Shown: positions 14,001 through 28,844 of the stretch, piece by piece
Layout of the letters: the number at the start of each line of letters is the position of its first letter
How positions within the stretch are numbered: position 1 is the stretch's first letter
Assembly: GCA_023515725.1 (NCBI GenBank)
Contig: JALDTO010000155.1
Coordinates: 1 to 64,000, forward strand
DNA: 64,000 bases
Origin: Amoeboaphelidium protococcarum X5
Lineage: Eukaryota; Fungi; Aphelidiomycota
Reading direction: 5' to 3'
The notes under the pieces: generated by a model
Databases searched by the model: none
Told to the model about the DNA's origin: nothing
Seen by the model: only the letters and a program-made list of their open reading frames with translations
Position numbers and translations under genes: made by a program

Positions 14001-17000
14001 TATTGCTACTTCACGGAGCCTTACTGACTTGAAATAGTGTCCAAAAACACCAACTTATATCCCTCAAGTACAAATTTCAAATGATCATCATACTATAGCG
14101 ACAAGTTATCGCGAATGAAATCACACCATAAAATGATTTCACGTATAGACACAGAGAAAGACTCTATAGATCTAAGACGAGACATAATCTCCATCTACAA
14201 GGACACAGCGTCATCTAACTAGCTCAAATTATTTCCAAAAGCACGAGCAAGTTTGGAGTGTAATATCATACGCAAGTCATCCACATTACTCCAGTCAATA
14301 TCGACCCAAATCTCAGTAAATCTGTTCCTTAGCGCAGGACTGAGCTCCTTCTTTCCAAAGTCACCGCCCGGATTCATTGTGGCGATAAACTTGAACTCGT
14401 CATGAGCACGAATATAATAAATCTCAGCGCAATCATTTCTCTCCATAACCGTGATCTAACGAGATGATTCTAGCACAGAATTCAGCCTCTCCACCACAGC
14501 ATCATCAGCAAGCGAGATTTCATCAAGCAAGATGATACCACCACTCTTCATAGTTGACACCAACGGACCATCAGTCCATTCGAACAATTTCGCTTACTGC
14601 TAATTATCTTGATCACACTAAGATGATGAATTTCTAACAGGCCTCATTCCACCAACAAAATCTGAGCTCTCCGTGTTCTGATGGCAGTTGACAATATCCA
14701 ACTTCTAAGAGTGAATTTTGGCATATTACTACACAACCGTAGTCTTTCCACAACCTGTGACACCAACCAACAGTACAGGCTCATTATGCTGAAGCGCACG
14801 ATCTACAAGAGCATACAGCCTCTTCATAGACGACGTCAGCACCAACTAATGATCACCGTCAGCATTGACCAGAGACTAGTTTTAGCCGTACAGTAACTAA
14901 GGGTCGATAGAGCATCGGAAATGCTATTCAAGTACTTTTTTGACAAGCAGCTTCTCTTCTTCATTCCTCAGCCTTTCTGCCAGTAGCATGTATCCATCAT
15001 CTCCAATAGGCTATTCACCGCCAGAATTCTCACGGGACGCCCAACGAAATAGATCTCTCAACGTCATGAATCCATCTTTACCATTGAAGAGCTTCGACTT
15101 TGATCTGTGCAACTGCAAATCCTAATACACCTTGATCATCTTCTTTGCATAGCTAGGAGCTATTCTGCATCTCTTCTGCAAGATCAACTCTAGTTCATCT
15201 GCAGGAATATCATTGAAATGCAACTCTATAAATCTATTCCTGAAAGCCCTGGACAACTGCTTACGACCGCCATATATTAATCCAGCTGGATTCTGAGTGG
15301 CAAACAGACGGAAGCCATCTTTAGGTCGCACCACCTCACCAGTCTCGGGTATGACCAGCTCTTGATTGTCATCCAACAATCTATTGAGTGCCTCCATAAC
15401 ATCAGACGGAGCCAAATTCAACTCATCAAGAACGATCCACCACCCATTTCGCAGCGCTTGGACCAGCACACCATCTTTAAAGACAAAATTCTGAGCCACC
15501 CCATCCCAAACATAGCTGCCAATATAATCCTGCATATCAGTGTGCTCATGATTGTTAATACGAACCATCTTATTGCCAGTTTAAATGGCAAGATATTCAA
15601 TCATGGAAGTCTTACCAGCAGATGTAGGCCCTTGAATCAAAACTGGAATAGAACTTAGGAGAGTACTGCACAGATTTCGCAGATTACGTTCAACAGATTT
15701 GGTGACGACATATTGATCCACAAATTGAGCCTACTACTCATCCGGCCTATAAACACCCTTCTCAACATTCAACTAATACAAGCAGATCCAATCTTAGTTA
15801 CTACAATCCTAAGGCTTCACTCCAGACTTTGATAGAAACAAACGAAGTGCATTGGAATTGCTGTCAGGCAGCAAATACTTTCGCAGAACGGATACAGCGA
15901 TCCCCAAAGATTTCTAGTTAAGCGGAGCACAGAATATAAGATATAATCCTTCATACAGAGATCTTAGAGTAGAGAACTGCGAAGAAAATCTCAGGGAACA
16001 TTACAAAGCTCTGGATAGCGATCTAGTGGAGTAATGAGGCTACTCTAATGACACTTCACCAATCTCCAACTACCTATTTTGAGATAATGTGCGCATGTGC
16101 AAATAGAACTTGGCCACCTATTTGATAAGATTTAAATGATCTGAAGGTACCGAGAGATCGACCACACCCAAGAGCGCTTACAATTTCAATGAAATCACCA
16201 TAAGAAGATCCTAGAAATCTTGACAAGATTCGTCAACCTGCAAAGAGTCATTAGTAATACATACAGACTAGGCCAAATTATTCTCTGGCGATCCCACACA
16301 GAGCTCAAAGAATCGCCTTCTAATAGAATCCGGCAACGGCCTTTTACCAACATCAGTACTTGGATTCATACAGCCAAAAATGCGGAAATCTGGATGTCGC
16401 TTAATAACCTAAACTTCGCCGCTCTCGATAATGGTGACTTCTTGCTAATCCATATCAAGAATACTACTAATGCACGACAATGTCTCGGCAGTCGCCAGAT
16501 TAATCTCATCCAAAAGTACCCATTCACCTTGCTTAATTGCTTTCACCAGAGCACCTTCTACGAATCCAAAAGTCAACTTTTACTACGAAGAAGTATAAGA
16601 ATTTAAATGCGCAATCTTAGACTCAAAGTCAGCCACCATAGACTAAAACTTTCCCCAATCTTTTAGAAGAATATGATCAATCGCAGAAGACTATGCCGCA
16701 CTCTTCTTTGCAAACATCTTCAAGCTCATACTCCAGAGCTAGAAGAGTCGCTTCCAAGCACTTTGCTACCAAGCCAGCTTACAAGCATCTAGATACTTTT
16801 TATTATCCTTTACAGAGAAGGTGCGTCTGAATACAGAGTCAAACAACTCCTTGATTGGCAATGCAACATGCAGCTTCATGTCCACGGGCTTGTAACTACC
16901 TAGTAAATCACTGACCTCCGACTACTAAGACATATTGATAACAGTCATCTTAATTCCACAACAATCAGACAGAAACTGGACCACAGTGGTCTTGCCGCAA

Positions 17001-18970
17001 CCAGTCTCTCCAACCAATAGCACAGGCTACTTAATACTTGGATGCACTCCTATAACTAGCTACTCCACGATCTTCTTGGCGTGGGTATTCAAAGCAATCA
17101 TTGGCCTATTATTACCAGTGCTACTAAATGACGATCTTCGTTATAGTTACATATATCCAACCTTGATGACTTGGCTGTTCAATTACACATCAGGTATCCT
17201 CTGCTTCATGTGGTACAAAACTGATTCTTCAGATACGCCAATCTATTAAGCAAACTCTACAGTCAGCCTGAGTAGACTATCACTGAACGGGCAGCTACTC
17301 AAAAACACATCAAATCCCGAGGCAAAGATTACAACTCTAGACTCATAACTCAAAACTTCACCATTGCTATTGTTATGATCATGATCTCCTAACAAAATAT
17401 AGACCCGTCTGCACCAATATAATAATTAGCTTAAACCTGGGACAACAAAGAATTCAGTCTACCGAGTAAACGTCTGATGGTTACTCAGCAGCCAAGAATA
17501 TCCTTAAATAATCCAGTCAATCACTTACTACGAGACTACAGGAAACTTTTCGTTCAACAGCAATTTAGTATCATCAAGAGAGAATTCAGTGAACTTAAGA
17601 ACTTAGTAGTCTTTAAATTGAACCTGACTTGACAACTCAGACACAAATCCAGGACCATTCTAACATGGATACGTGCATATCACTTTAAAGTTGAAATGAC
17701 ACTGAACAATATCATTGACACCAGGACCAATACGTACAAATCCTTGATGCAAAACTTAAAAGAATAGAGATACTACATCTTCACTCAACATACTGACATC
17801 TTCAACAACCAGCCACTAACCTATTCTCGCAGCTCTGGTCAAAACACCTTCCTTATACTCAAAGAGACGGGAACCAGACTCAGACATTGTCTGCCCACCA
17901 ATCAAAGACTTTGAGTCGGTAAGATGATTCAAATGAACCACCGTGACTTGCTAATTTAACTAAGAAGCTAGATACTATATAGTCAGTGACTTGCCACTAG
18001 ATGAACTGCCAACAATACAAATAGGCTTCCGGCTTTTACAAATAGCGCTTCCAAGACTTTCAAGATTAGACAATGACGTAACAGTAGATATGAAGTTATC
18101 CAACTTTATCTACGAGCTAGCAAAAGATAAATTCTTGATAATTACTAAATTGTGTCCAATATACAGGACATTGTTACAGACTCCCAAGTATGACCGATCA
18201 CACGACTGAGATACCAACTTTTACAGTGCAGACTACCGATCAATCTCAGACTTGGCGCATTTAACAAGACCCCTCTCCAGCGATCCCTTCATTTCCAAAT
18301 CATCTCCATTATACTGCAATTAGGATACCAACTGTGGACTGAACAATTGAGAAATGAGACTTAAATAAACGCGACATTCTAAATCTTGTTCTAAACTACA
18401 GCGCAATACGAACGATGACCAGTCAGGGACAAAGTTCAACATCATTCGCTCTTGCGACACCAACAAACGATAAAAACTCAGCAATAGACGCCTCTTTGAG
18501 ATGATACTGCCAGATAACAGTATATCATTAATTAATCTCTAATTCTACTGCACTAGCTAAATAATAGAATTGACATTATGACCAAGACAGCAAGAGAAGT
18601 AGGCACAAAAGAACAAGGAATCTGTGAAAGGAGCCGCGTCTTCAGAGGGAGCAGACTCGAGCCAACACGCCACAACTTCTACCAGGACCAGATTACCAAT
18701 ACATTAACAAATATCAATTATAATGGCGTCATTATCTCTTGTTATCATTTCCACTATTATTTTTGAAATAAAATAGATCATATCATTTCCATTGCTGACC
18801 TATGCCAAAGACTTCTTCCACTCTGACGCGACTTTTTGATACTCCTAGTTGTGCTACCAAGCATCAAATGAGATGTTCAGCTTATACTTTAACTAATCAA
18901 CAGTAGAGCATTCTAAATGCCAAGACTTTTATCTTTTACTGACATGTTCCACCATATCCTCTTTAGTCAT
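5078..18970 (-). CDS. MDN1: Midasin/Rea1 AAA-ATPase (~4630 aa, apparently intronless)
   Basis: Track fragments 5558, 7856, 8372, 12971, 14219 and 15122 share one frame. Motifs: WIVLDELNLA, FATQNPAGLIYGGRKQLSRAFRNRF, ATMNPGGDFGKKELSPALRNRF, D/E-rich tail (~6100-7850), MIDAS motif VDDSKSM, C-terminal YMDTFPFDFYIV. Most upstream ATG with good context is at 18970. Confidence 0.95.
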
Positions 18971-19330
18971 TTTGTGTGATATAGTTTTGACAAATTTTCA
19001 TCAATCGGAAGATTCTTTGAATTGAAGAGAATTTTGAGATGCGCGTCGCTTACTCTCTCATCATTAGAGGTCTAATTTGACGACTTGTTACGAAATCCAT
19101 TAAGAGAAGCGCGCCTCTCAATATAGAGTGAGCTGCAGGAGAGAGCAACACTGCACTGTATGAGATATAAGTAAAACAATGAAAAACGCGCAAGATCAAA
19201 TCAGTTAGTTAAAACAAAATGGTATTACTTCAATTACTTCATTCCAAAATTCAATATTCTTAATTCAACTACTTCTTCGCAATAGTATCACAATTCACAT
19301 TGACAGACAGCTAGTTTACTTGGAACCAAT

Positions 19331-22186
19331 TCACAGCACTCTTCTGCTCTCATGTACTTCATAAGAGCGACTGCCCCAGGTAGGAAGAGGCTTGTCTTGC
19401 TATAGCATTGGCTCACTTCCATACTGCAGAGCTTATTATCTTTTTTCCAATCCAATCTTGGACTGCTGCTTCAGTGCAGCCAACTAGCGTTCCAACTTCA
19501 GCAGAGAGTCGTACACGTTCTTCTCCATACTGTCTTGAATGTTACTCTTGATTCTACCCGTCATTATTGGGTTGAAAATCTTGTATAAAGTCTTGTGCTT
19601 GGCCTCTTCAAATTTCAGGTTCACATTGTGTACCTTAAAGTGGCAGGTGTCGATGCGGTAGACATCTTCGTTCAACCAAGGCAACAGAGTAATCACCAGA
19701 CGACAGTCAATGTTGGCAATCTTCATATCCAGTAGACCAGAATCAGACATCTTTGGGAAGGACTTCTTGTGATACCAGAAACGGATATCATTCGCCAGAA
19801 TCTCAGGGACAGTGAAGTCCAATGTGATGGTCGTGGATGAAGTTCCCTCGCGCATATTGACGTGAGATTCGGAACTCAGGTATGCATCATCAGGAGTCAG
19901 GCCGGCAGCTGCAATGTTAATATGATCCACATAGTAGTCCATCTGATCATCGCTACCCTGCACTTGATCAATAGGAATAACAGAGATACGGTCCAGGACA
20001 AACTTGACCAATCTAGGGATATCACCAATCAGTTCCGGCTTAATCGTAGGAGTTCCATCTTGATCCAGGAAGAGAGTAACCATCAAGTCGTTCCAATCAG
20101 CAGCATACTGACGCACCAAGCGATCACCTAACAGAGACTGAAACATGTTTGAAGACTCCTGCATAATGGTATTCACAGGCTGGCGATACTTCATTGCATA
20201 CCACTCAGCATCTCTAGACAGAGCTTCCGTATCGGCAAGGAACTGCTCCTGCTCAACATACTCGGAATCCTTCAACATCAAGGTAATCATTGCAACCAGA
20301 CGGTCAAACCACTCTTTACCATCAGTATCATTACGTGCAATAGTCTACAACTCAGTATAAGCCTCAACCATGGTGGACAAAGAGTAGTTTGTGAAATTCT
20401 CAATCACCTCAATAGCCTTCTGACGAGCAATCTGCATATGGCGCTAAGCATCAGATGGAACACTCACCTAAGCCTTGCTATTATCAACGACACTGCTCAG
20501 ACGCAGAGCCACTTCATTGTACAACTCCAACAATTTGTCCACAGCGCGCTGGAAATTATCACGACTATGGAGACGCAGCAAGGCAGTCTTCAACTGTGCA
20601 ATCAGCTCATCCAGCTTTGGACGCAGCTCTCTCTTCAACTCCTTGGCATGAGTCTTTGCAACACCTTGTGCCTTCTAAGCACTATCTCTAGCCAATTCAG
20701 ACATTTCAGTGGAAGAGATACCTTCCTACTGCTGCTGAGTAGACGACATTCCAGGCTCATTGTGAGCAGTGTAAAACTTGTCAGATGACTCTACCCAATC
20801 AGGCTTTACAGTTTCCTAATCACCACTAACCTGCTCATAGCCAGACTACTCACCAATAGTACCAACTGACGGCTGGAACTTATCCTGAGGCAACTAGTAA
20901 CCAGTTGGAGAGTGGACGCCACTGTCAACACCAGAACGACTAAAATCATCCTTACCTTCAGATAGCGGCTTGTTCTCAGCAACCTCAGGTTCACCATAGT
21001 CATGCTTCTTCAACTCAGACTGCAACTCCTATGCCAGAGGATCACGGTTGATCTCAGAGTGAGAACCGCTCTTATGAGTAGGATCATAATCCTAGTTCGC
21101 CAAACGACCAGATTCATTCAGATGCAAGTTCTCAATAGGCAAATCCTTGTCACCGGAACTCTTTTGCATACCAGAGTACATTGGATCAGAGCCATAGACA
21201 TCACTGGAAGATACACCAGAGTTGATGTCCTTCTCACCACTACGCTTAGATCCATGAGCAGCCATACCAATAGCACTAGACAACATCTAGCCAGCAGCGT
21301 TAGCAGCAGTCTTTGTCTTCTATTGAGCAGAGGTCAGCTGCTCTTCATCAACGCGTCTATTCGCCAACTCAGAAGACTCAGCAGCCTAATGACCATAGTG
21401 TCCAACACGATGAGCAGCGACATCACCATACTGATCAGCAGATCTCTCAACCTGAGTCTGCACACGCGGCAATACATCCTAAGCCTTCCCTTGCACATCA
21501 CCCTGCACCTCCTTGACACCTTGTGCGACATGATCAGAAGTGATGTTCAACGCATCTTGACCCAGATCCAGAATGTAGTCCAACAGATCCTACACAACCT
21601 CAGTCAGATCGGACAGAGCAGATCTAAACTCGGAGGATTGCACAAACAGAGTGATCAAATCAATAAACTCCTTCACCTCATCCTTGGCATCGACAGCAGC
21701 GCCCTTGATACCTTGTTTCATTGTTGGAGAATTAGCCATAGCTGCGGATGCCAAACGAGCATGATACAAAAACTCTTGCAGAGTATCATCAGGATTCTTG
21801 CGCACCAACAATCTGCGAGTAGTCTCCAGCAGATGCTCAGTGGAGCCCAGTACCTACTTACCACTAGTGCTCACGACAGGATGAGCATGAGACAGCGTGT
21901 TCTAAACCTCCTTCAACATCTCGCTTGCCTGTCTAGTCGTTGGCATGCGTTGATCGCGCGCAGCACCAAGCATCTCCTTAGCTTTCACCACAACCTTCTC
22001 TTCAGGCGCAGCTTTCACAGGTGGCAGAGCGTACTCGTTACCAATGGCAGCACGGTGAGGAGAGGAGCCAGCAGCGGTAGTAGTACCAAATTCCTTGTTT
22101 GTCAGCTTGTAATCAGTGTCGCCGGTTGGAAACACTGGTTCAGCGACGGTAGCTTTGTTCGTATTGTTATGTAAACGGCCAGACAT
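19331..22186 (-). CDS. HAM1-like / DUF4449 (BPI/TULIP-like) fungal-type protein, ~951 aa
   Basis: Track ORFs 21902, 21590, 21092 and 19484 are in one frame. C-terminal motifs DIRFWYHKKSFPKMSDSGLLD and KHKTLYKIFNP; ends PTWGSRSYEVHESRRVL at TGA 19331. Confidence 0.7.
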
Positions 22187-22878
22187 TATTACTATTATTC
22201 TTAATTACCTATTCAAATAAAATACTTTAAATGTATGTGAAGAAAAAATTGTAACAGTAGATTTCTGACGTTTTATACCAGATCCTCGTGAGTCATTTAG
22301 TTATGTCACCGCCCCCGCTGAGTGATTGGGATGAATGGCCAGATTGACTAACTGCCTTTTGATTGATTGAATGAATGAATGATTGTACCAAAAGGGATGA
22401 AACGGCATGTTGGGTCAACACGGACGTGTCACTCATTGTGAACAAAACATTCAAAGTTCCCATTCAACCGTGAATCATATAATGGTTGATGAAACGCCTG
22501 ATTACTGTCGTTACGCGTATCACAACGCTGAGATTCATTCAACAGGAAATTTGTGTTGAGTCCGAAGTTCCTAAGTGTAAGTGATCTTTTAGCTATTATC
22601 CATTATCGAACTGCTTCTTAAACTTAATAAAACAACCAGTCGCATTATGGCGAAACACTATATGCGCATATCTTTTTTAGTGACAGCCATGAGACGCAAA
22701 CTAATGATTCCACAACTTAGGGGTATCTACCAGCTAAATCTCGTCTCTTTTACAAGTAACACTTAAAACTCTGCGAAATAATTGTATAATAAATCTATTT
22801 AGGTACAACATTATATACATAACACATATGGGTGAAATAACGTATAAGCTTCAAAGACGAAACACACTAGAACTATCA

Positions 22879-25800
22879 TCACTACATGGTGAATGACTTA
22901 GCGATCGACGGCGGAGGCTATAAATTTACATTCTCCAAAACAGAGACCGTGATTCCTTTATATGACGAAGCTTGTGAACTATTTGAACTCGCGTCAGAGT
23001 GAGGCAGTTATTCTGCAGACGATTGCTACTGAGAGCTACCACCTTGAAATCGAGCTTAACGCTATTTTCGCTGCTCCATAATCTTTTATGCCATCGACGG
23101 AGTGCCAGAGGGTGAACTGTCATTGCTATAGTTTGCCAGCTTATCAGATATCTTGTTAATAGACGCATCAAAAGAGGACATCATCATCTTGGAATAATCG
23201 GATAAAAGTATCGGAGGCTTAGGCGCATTTTGAACACGCTCATTAGGATTATTCTAAATCAGAGCTTAGTCATCAAAGTCCCTTTCTGGATTATCCATGT
23301 CAATGCCAAGATCTTTAAGTACTGAATCCAGTTCTCCAAAAAGCTCTTTCTTATTCTGAGACGACTAAAATTTTTATCTCTCAATCTGCTGTGAGTTTTA
23401 CAGATCAGCCAAATACAGGTCGAATATATTTACATAGATCAATGATAGGTCTGACAATGCACTCAGATTTTCAGAGTCCGGCTAGCTGCCATATCGCGAG
23501 GAGGCCAAAGCCAAGCCATTGACAGTCAGTTACTAATCAAGATGTAATTAAACTTTAGGAATTTCAGGAGCAACTACTTATTATTATACAAGGTCTAAGG
23601 CGATAAGTTGCTCCAGCTGTTTAAAAGATTTGGATCGCATGGTAGATGATGCATTCTTCTTCAACATGAGGACTCTACTCACTTGACCTGACTGCTTCCA
23701 CCAGTTGACCAAATCCAATACAGTGTCATCACGCATCAACTTTATCGCATTATCAGTGGATAATACTTTTTCAGGTGACAAAGTGCACTCGTATAAATTG
23801 TACATGTCATTCAGCTTCTCATCGATCCCACATTTCTACAACATCAAGACAATCACCTCTTGCGCAGTCGTGTTTTCCAACAATCTCACAGATTTATAGT
23901 TGGCAGAATCTTCAAGATATATCTAAATGGAGGTAAACTTCTCATTCTCAATCACCGGAAGCTTTGGAGCGATGGGCTACTCTTAAGGTAGTTTCTATGC
24001 AGACTTTTGGGCAGCGAGCTATGATTTCTGATCATTATAAACGACTTACAGCTTATTATCAGACGAAGAGTCAGTTTTAAGAGCAACCACAGAGACTTTG
24101 TTCTTGATCTTAGTAGAGCTAGCTTTTGATAATGTGGTTGGAGGATCGCTTTAAGTCTGTAGTTAGCCATCACTAGCCTTAATTTTCTTATCACTTCCAA
24201 TACTCCGCTTGCTCTTGGAGCGAGATACAGACTCCTGCTTCTGACTGCTAGAGTTACTAATTATAGACTGCTACTCTTCAGTCATCGTATTCAACTTCAT
24301 TTGACTGTACGGCCTAGTAGGATCAACTTCAAAAGACTGGATAGTCTCACTCTAAGTAGTGACGATCGAGTATGAGCTGTTATCGCGCTTGAATGAAAAT
24401 CCAAATGCCGACTTCTCCCGCTTTCTATCAGATGCAGCAGTTGAATGATCAGACTATTGTTTCTTCAATTCAGAAGGTTTGTTAGCGTCATTAGAACCAG
24501 GATGATCTGCGCTTTCTGCAGTGGATGAGGAGGTGGATCCAAATCTTCCCCTCAAGCGATTGAGAAATTTTCCGTCAGACTATTTATTACCTTTAGGTAT
24601 TGACAGCGCAGAGCCAGCTCTCAGAGTCCTAGTAGGCTGAGAAAACTCGGAAGCATCCGACTTGCCAACCACATCTCGGTCATCGAATGCAACATCACGA
24701 TTCTTAACCTTCTTACGGATCTCAGCAGATGCTGTTGGCGCTTCAGCTATTAAAGATCCAACTCCAAGTAATGCTCGGGCTTTGCTCTTGCTCTTCTTAT
24801 TTTTCTTCACCTAATCTATAGACAGGCCGACCCTGAATCGCTCCTCATCAGAATCAACCTCCTCCTAATTAGCATCACTATCCCCAGAGGATGATGAATC
24901 GAACATTGACTTCATTTTCTTCTTCTTTTCACTTGCTGAAATCATAGGCTAAGCTGCAGCGGAAAGCTTTGAATCTTCATCCTTAGACAGAGGACTGGCA
25001 ATAGGCTCGATAAGACGCTTTAAAGGCTCCGGACTAGCACTTTTGGATGCTTGCTCAAGCGATGGACGCTTAAAAGTGGAACCTTGCTAAAGTAAGGATT
25101 TACCGGAATAGTCCACACTCATAACCTTTTGCATATACGCTTTACTGGCCCTTACTCCAATTATACCTTGTTCGATGCGCGGTACCTTACTCGCAGAGGA
25201 ATTACTTATAGTCAATCCACAGTCTGCCAGCATGACCAAAGTCCAAAACACCATTCGATCATCCGCCACTTGTGACCAATCTCCTCGAGGAAGTGTGCAA
25301 GATATGGAGTACACCTCAACTTCCAATGGATTCATGTCATACATAATATTATGACTAAACTGCTTAGAAAATGGAGCACTCGAAGCAGGATCGGATTCAG
25401 ATGGACGGAGACCGGATTATGACTTTGCACTAGCACTATCCTGATTCTTACACTGGGTTATAGCAACACTGAATGCCTCATACCAATCTTCTAGTATTTC
25501 CGCACTTTCATGAGAATATTATAGATCGAGTAGACTCTGCTACTCTGAGCTCTATTTGCAGCTGATGAGAAGCATATTCTATTCAGAAGCAAGATTAATG
25601 TTCAGGATATTACTCACTGGAATATAATTTAACAAGATCCATGATACATTTTCGAATCCAGACTAAATTCCAGTAGTGTCGCAGAATAGAACCATCAGAA
25701 ACTTTTCAAATAGCATCAAAAACTACCTGCCACCGATGTCATTCAGCAATTCACCATCTTTAATGAGAAAACCAGATTTTGTGCCGCGAAATAAGCAATC

Positions 25801-27330
25801 AGAGCCAAACAAATCATCTTTGGGATCAATATTACCAACAGCCTTCAAACCTTAGGAATTTGGGATATTTCTCTTGATGAATTGACTGAGAAGAGCATGC
25901 TTCCTTTTCATTTTAGCATCAGCCACGTCTCTAAGCAGCTTACTCAAAACGCCCATAGACTTTGTTAGAAATGGATGATCTTAGTGTTCCACAGCGGTAC
26001 ATCGCAATATGGCATATATGTGCAGTGGATACTTCAAAAATCGCTGAAAGGGACAGTAGAGCAGCTGCAACAGAGACAATCCAGATTTCCGAGCATGTAA
26101 AAATTCCTTAAATCCAGACTTACTACAAAGCTAGAAATACACTGACATCGCCTCCATCATATTGGAACAGTATAGCTTGTACAACTCCAGGCCTTGTACC
26201 ATGTTCAGTATCTTCTTGCCAACAATCAAAACATCGTTTTCAGACTCACTTGCATCGTTATTACCGCTTTTTAAAGATAAGGAATCTATAACTTGACGAG
26301 AAAGATTCTGAGAATCAGTTACCTTGATTTAGAGAGACATATTTCCATTAGAGGTACTCGATCGCAACTCCCTGATCTTGTTAATTACATCGATGAGTTC
26401 ACTTACGCCCTTGAGGAAACTTGTATGAAATGCAATGAGATCTTTAAAATTGGAGAATAGAATAGCAAATTCTTTCAGCGAAATTAAATCCTTCCGAGAA
26501 GACAGTGGACTATAATACTTTCTCTCCAGAAGGAGGAGCATCTCCAGGTACGTTTTATCCTTCTCATACATCTCCACAACTAGCTGAGTACGAAGCTCAG
26601 GAGTAAGTGCATCAAACTCGTGTGCATACGAGAGAGCAGTCTCATAATGAGGCTTTTCTTCATAATCAACTACTAAGAGTCGCTCTTAGCTAAATAATTA
26701 GTGATCTAACGGAGACTAACGCGGCGCTAACTTTATCAGATTGAATAGTGAATCAATGACACGATCAGTATTGCCTTGATAGACGAGATCTTCCGGTGCA
26801 AACACAATACGCTCCTTATCTACAGTCGGATGATGCTTATTCAGATAACTGTGAAGACTAAGGAGGTACACGCTGATGTTTTCAATGCTTATAATATCAA
26901 ACTGTGCCGACCAACTACTTAGGCCCATATGATGAGACATCGATGATGACGACCCGGATTGATTCGCCCTGTTGTTTGAAACAGATTTCGAAACCGTCGG
27001 ATTTTGATGCAAAACTAGGCGCAGCATATCAGGCCACAATTTCTCAGCTATATGCATGAGCAGACATCCATCCTTTAGTTCAAGCATAAACTTTTACCGT
27101 ACCATTGAAGCTGTACCATCTTAATTTTATTCAATTTTTACTATTTACACTTCTTTCTAATCCTACAATGAGCCTTACACAGAATGCTTAATCTCCTGAG
27201 CTTTACTGTCTGAGGAGTTTTATGACTTCGCCACCTGCAGTTACTCTCTGATATCCTTTGAGATCTAAAGGTCAAGCTCAGTTTATAGCCAATCTAGGAT
27301 GGCTTGTATTTTATCAAGAGATTCTTCCAT
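22879..27330 (-). CDS. Rho GEF with CH-DH-PH architecture (Cdc24/Vav-like), ~1483 aa
   Basis: N-terminal CH domain (AILDWLQTEL...LKDGCLLMHIAEKL), DH domain (EMYEKDKTYLEML...ILFSNFKDLIAFHTSFL...CPFQRFLKYPL) and a following PH-like region. Five track ORFs share this frame; ends TAG TGA TGA. Confidence 0.8.
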
Positions 27331-27584
27331 TCTCCCCTTATAATAATGATGTGAAATTAAATTACAAAATAGGCTCTCAGTTGAATGGGGGAAACAGTTT
27401 GCATAGACAAATACTTTGTTTACAGGTAGAGAAGGTCACTCACTGCTTAATCATCGTTATCAAAACAACACACATCATGCTTGGATACGGAAATCCGTTA
27501 AGAAACAAAGTAAAAATTAAACCACACTATAGTTTAAAAAAGCAAATGAATAATGAGGAATGTAAAAGTCATGGAATTAATCAC

Positions 27585-28172
27585 TCAGTCATCTTCGTCG
27601 TCGTTATCGTCGTCTTCATTGAAAGTGTACTTGACGCGAGCACCACGAGTTCTTCTACCAGTGGTGATAATATTTGAGGTGTCAAGACCTTCCAGTTCTT
27701 CATTTGGGTCTTCATCCTCATCGACTAAATCAGTGACGCCATACTAATCATCATCATCATCGTCATCGTCTGAATCACGCTATCGTTTGGTAACCTTCTT
27801 TACTGGCTTGCTGGTTGACGCAGCCTTGATTTTAGACTTGGAGCTGGTATCTTCATGCTTGTTCAAGAAGTTAAATTTTTACTTTACAGCTGATTTCTCT
27901 CTTTACTATTCCACGACGGAAGCTTCATTGTCTTATTGTTCATCATCATCATCATCATCAGAGATGACAACCTTGGTCTTTTATTTCAAAGGTTATGGCT
28001 ACTCGCTGCTTTCGGCAGGTTGATCAGCATCCAGCTTTAATGAAGAATCACTGTTTGAGGGCAATTCAGTGTCGGCAGCTTCAGTCTTTTACAGTTTAGC
28101 AGTCGGTACATCAGTAGATACCTCTTCAGCAGGTGCCACGGTTGTATTCATTTTATCAATGTTTTCTGTCAT
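27585..28172 (-). CDS. CHZ1: Histone H2A.Z chaperone with CHZ motif, 195 aa
   Basis: Acidic protein ending ELEGLDTSNIITTGRRTRGARVKYTFNEDDD (CHZ motif). ATG 28172, TGA 27585. Absent from the ORF track. Confidence 0.8.
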
Positions 28173-28844
28173 ATCTCTGTTGGATGATTTGGTGTTAAAT
28201 GGTTGGTTGTAAATAGATCGCTGGTATTAATTAAAGCTTTGATCGAAGTAGAATAATATAGAAGATATATAAGACTATAGGTGCAAATGTGAAAGATGTC
28301 GCGTGAATTGCGCCACGCTGAAAATCGTTTAAGCAAGCAATTATACAAGGAAACGAGTACAGGAGGTTACTTTCGACGGACGGAACTGCAAGTACGAAAT
28401 AGAGGTAACGTTTCTGTTCATAGATACATCCGCAATTGCATATGGCAACGAAATGAGCTTTAGAAAATGAAGTAAAGAAACCTCTAGTGAAGCCTCAACC
28501 TATCACCATAGGAACATTGGTATCGCATTTAACACAATTCACGCGAAATTGCATGTGACTTCCATCGCGCGCTATGATTTGATCATTGGGAATGACAGAC
28601 AGAAGGAGCGAGGGAAATGGTGTGTGAATCATCGTGTGACAAATCCCATTTGGGCGGAGATGGAAATTGGCCGAAAACGTCATTTGAGACTTTTTTCCTT
28701 CTTTTGCTCCGACAACGATTCATTCGTAATCATCACACTCCATCGTACATCTTTACATCTTCTGACGCACAAACATTTAGCTCATATATATATATTGTCA
28801 CACCTTAGAAGAATTTACTAGCATTGAATTGAATTGGATAAATA

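Noticed and set aside
21002-22174. 390-aa plus-strand ORF in the track
   Set aside because: Antisense shadow of the HAM1-like gene; no recognisable motifs.
22190-22870. Possible ncRNA or tRNA in the longer intergenic gaps (also 44330-44850 and 61700-62200)
   Set aside because: No cloverleaf, snRNA or snoRNA pattern that I could support by eye; an Infernal/tRNAscan run would be needed.
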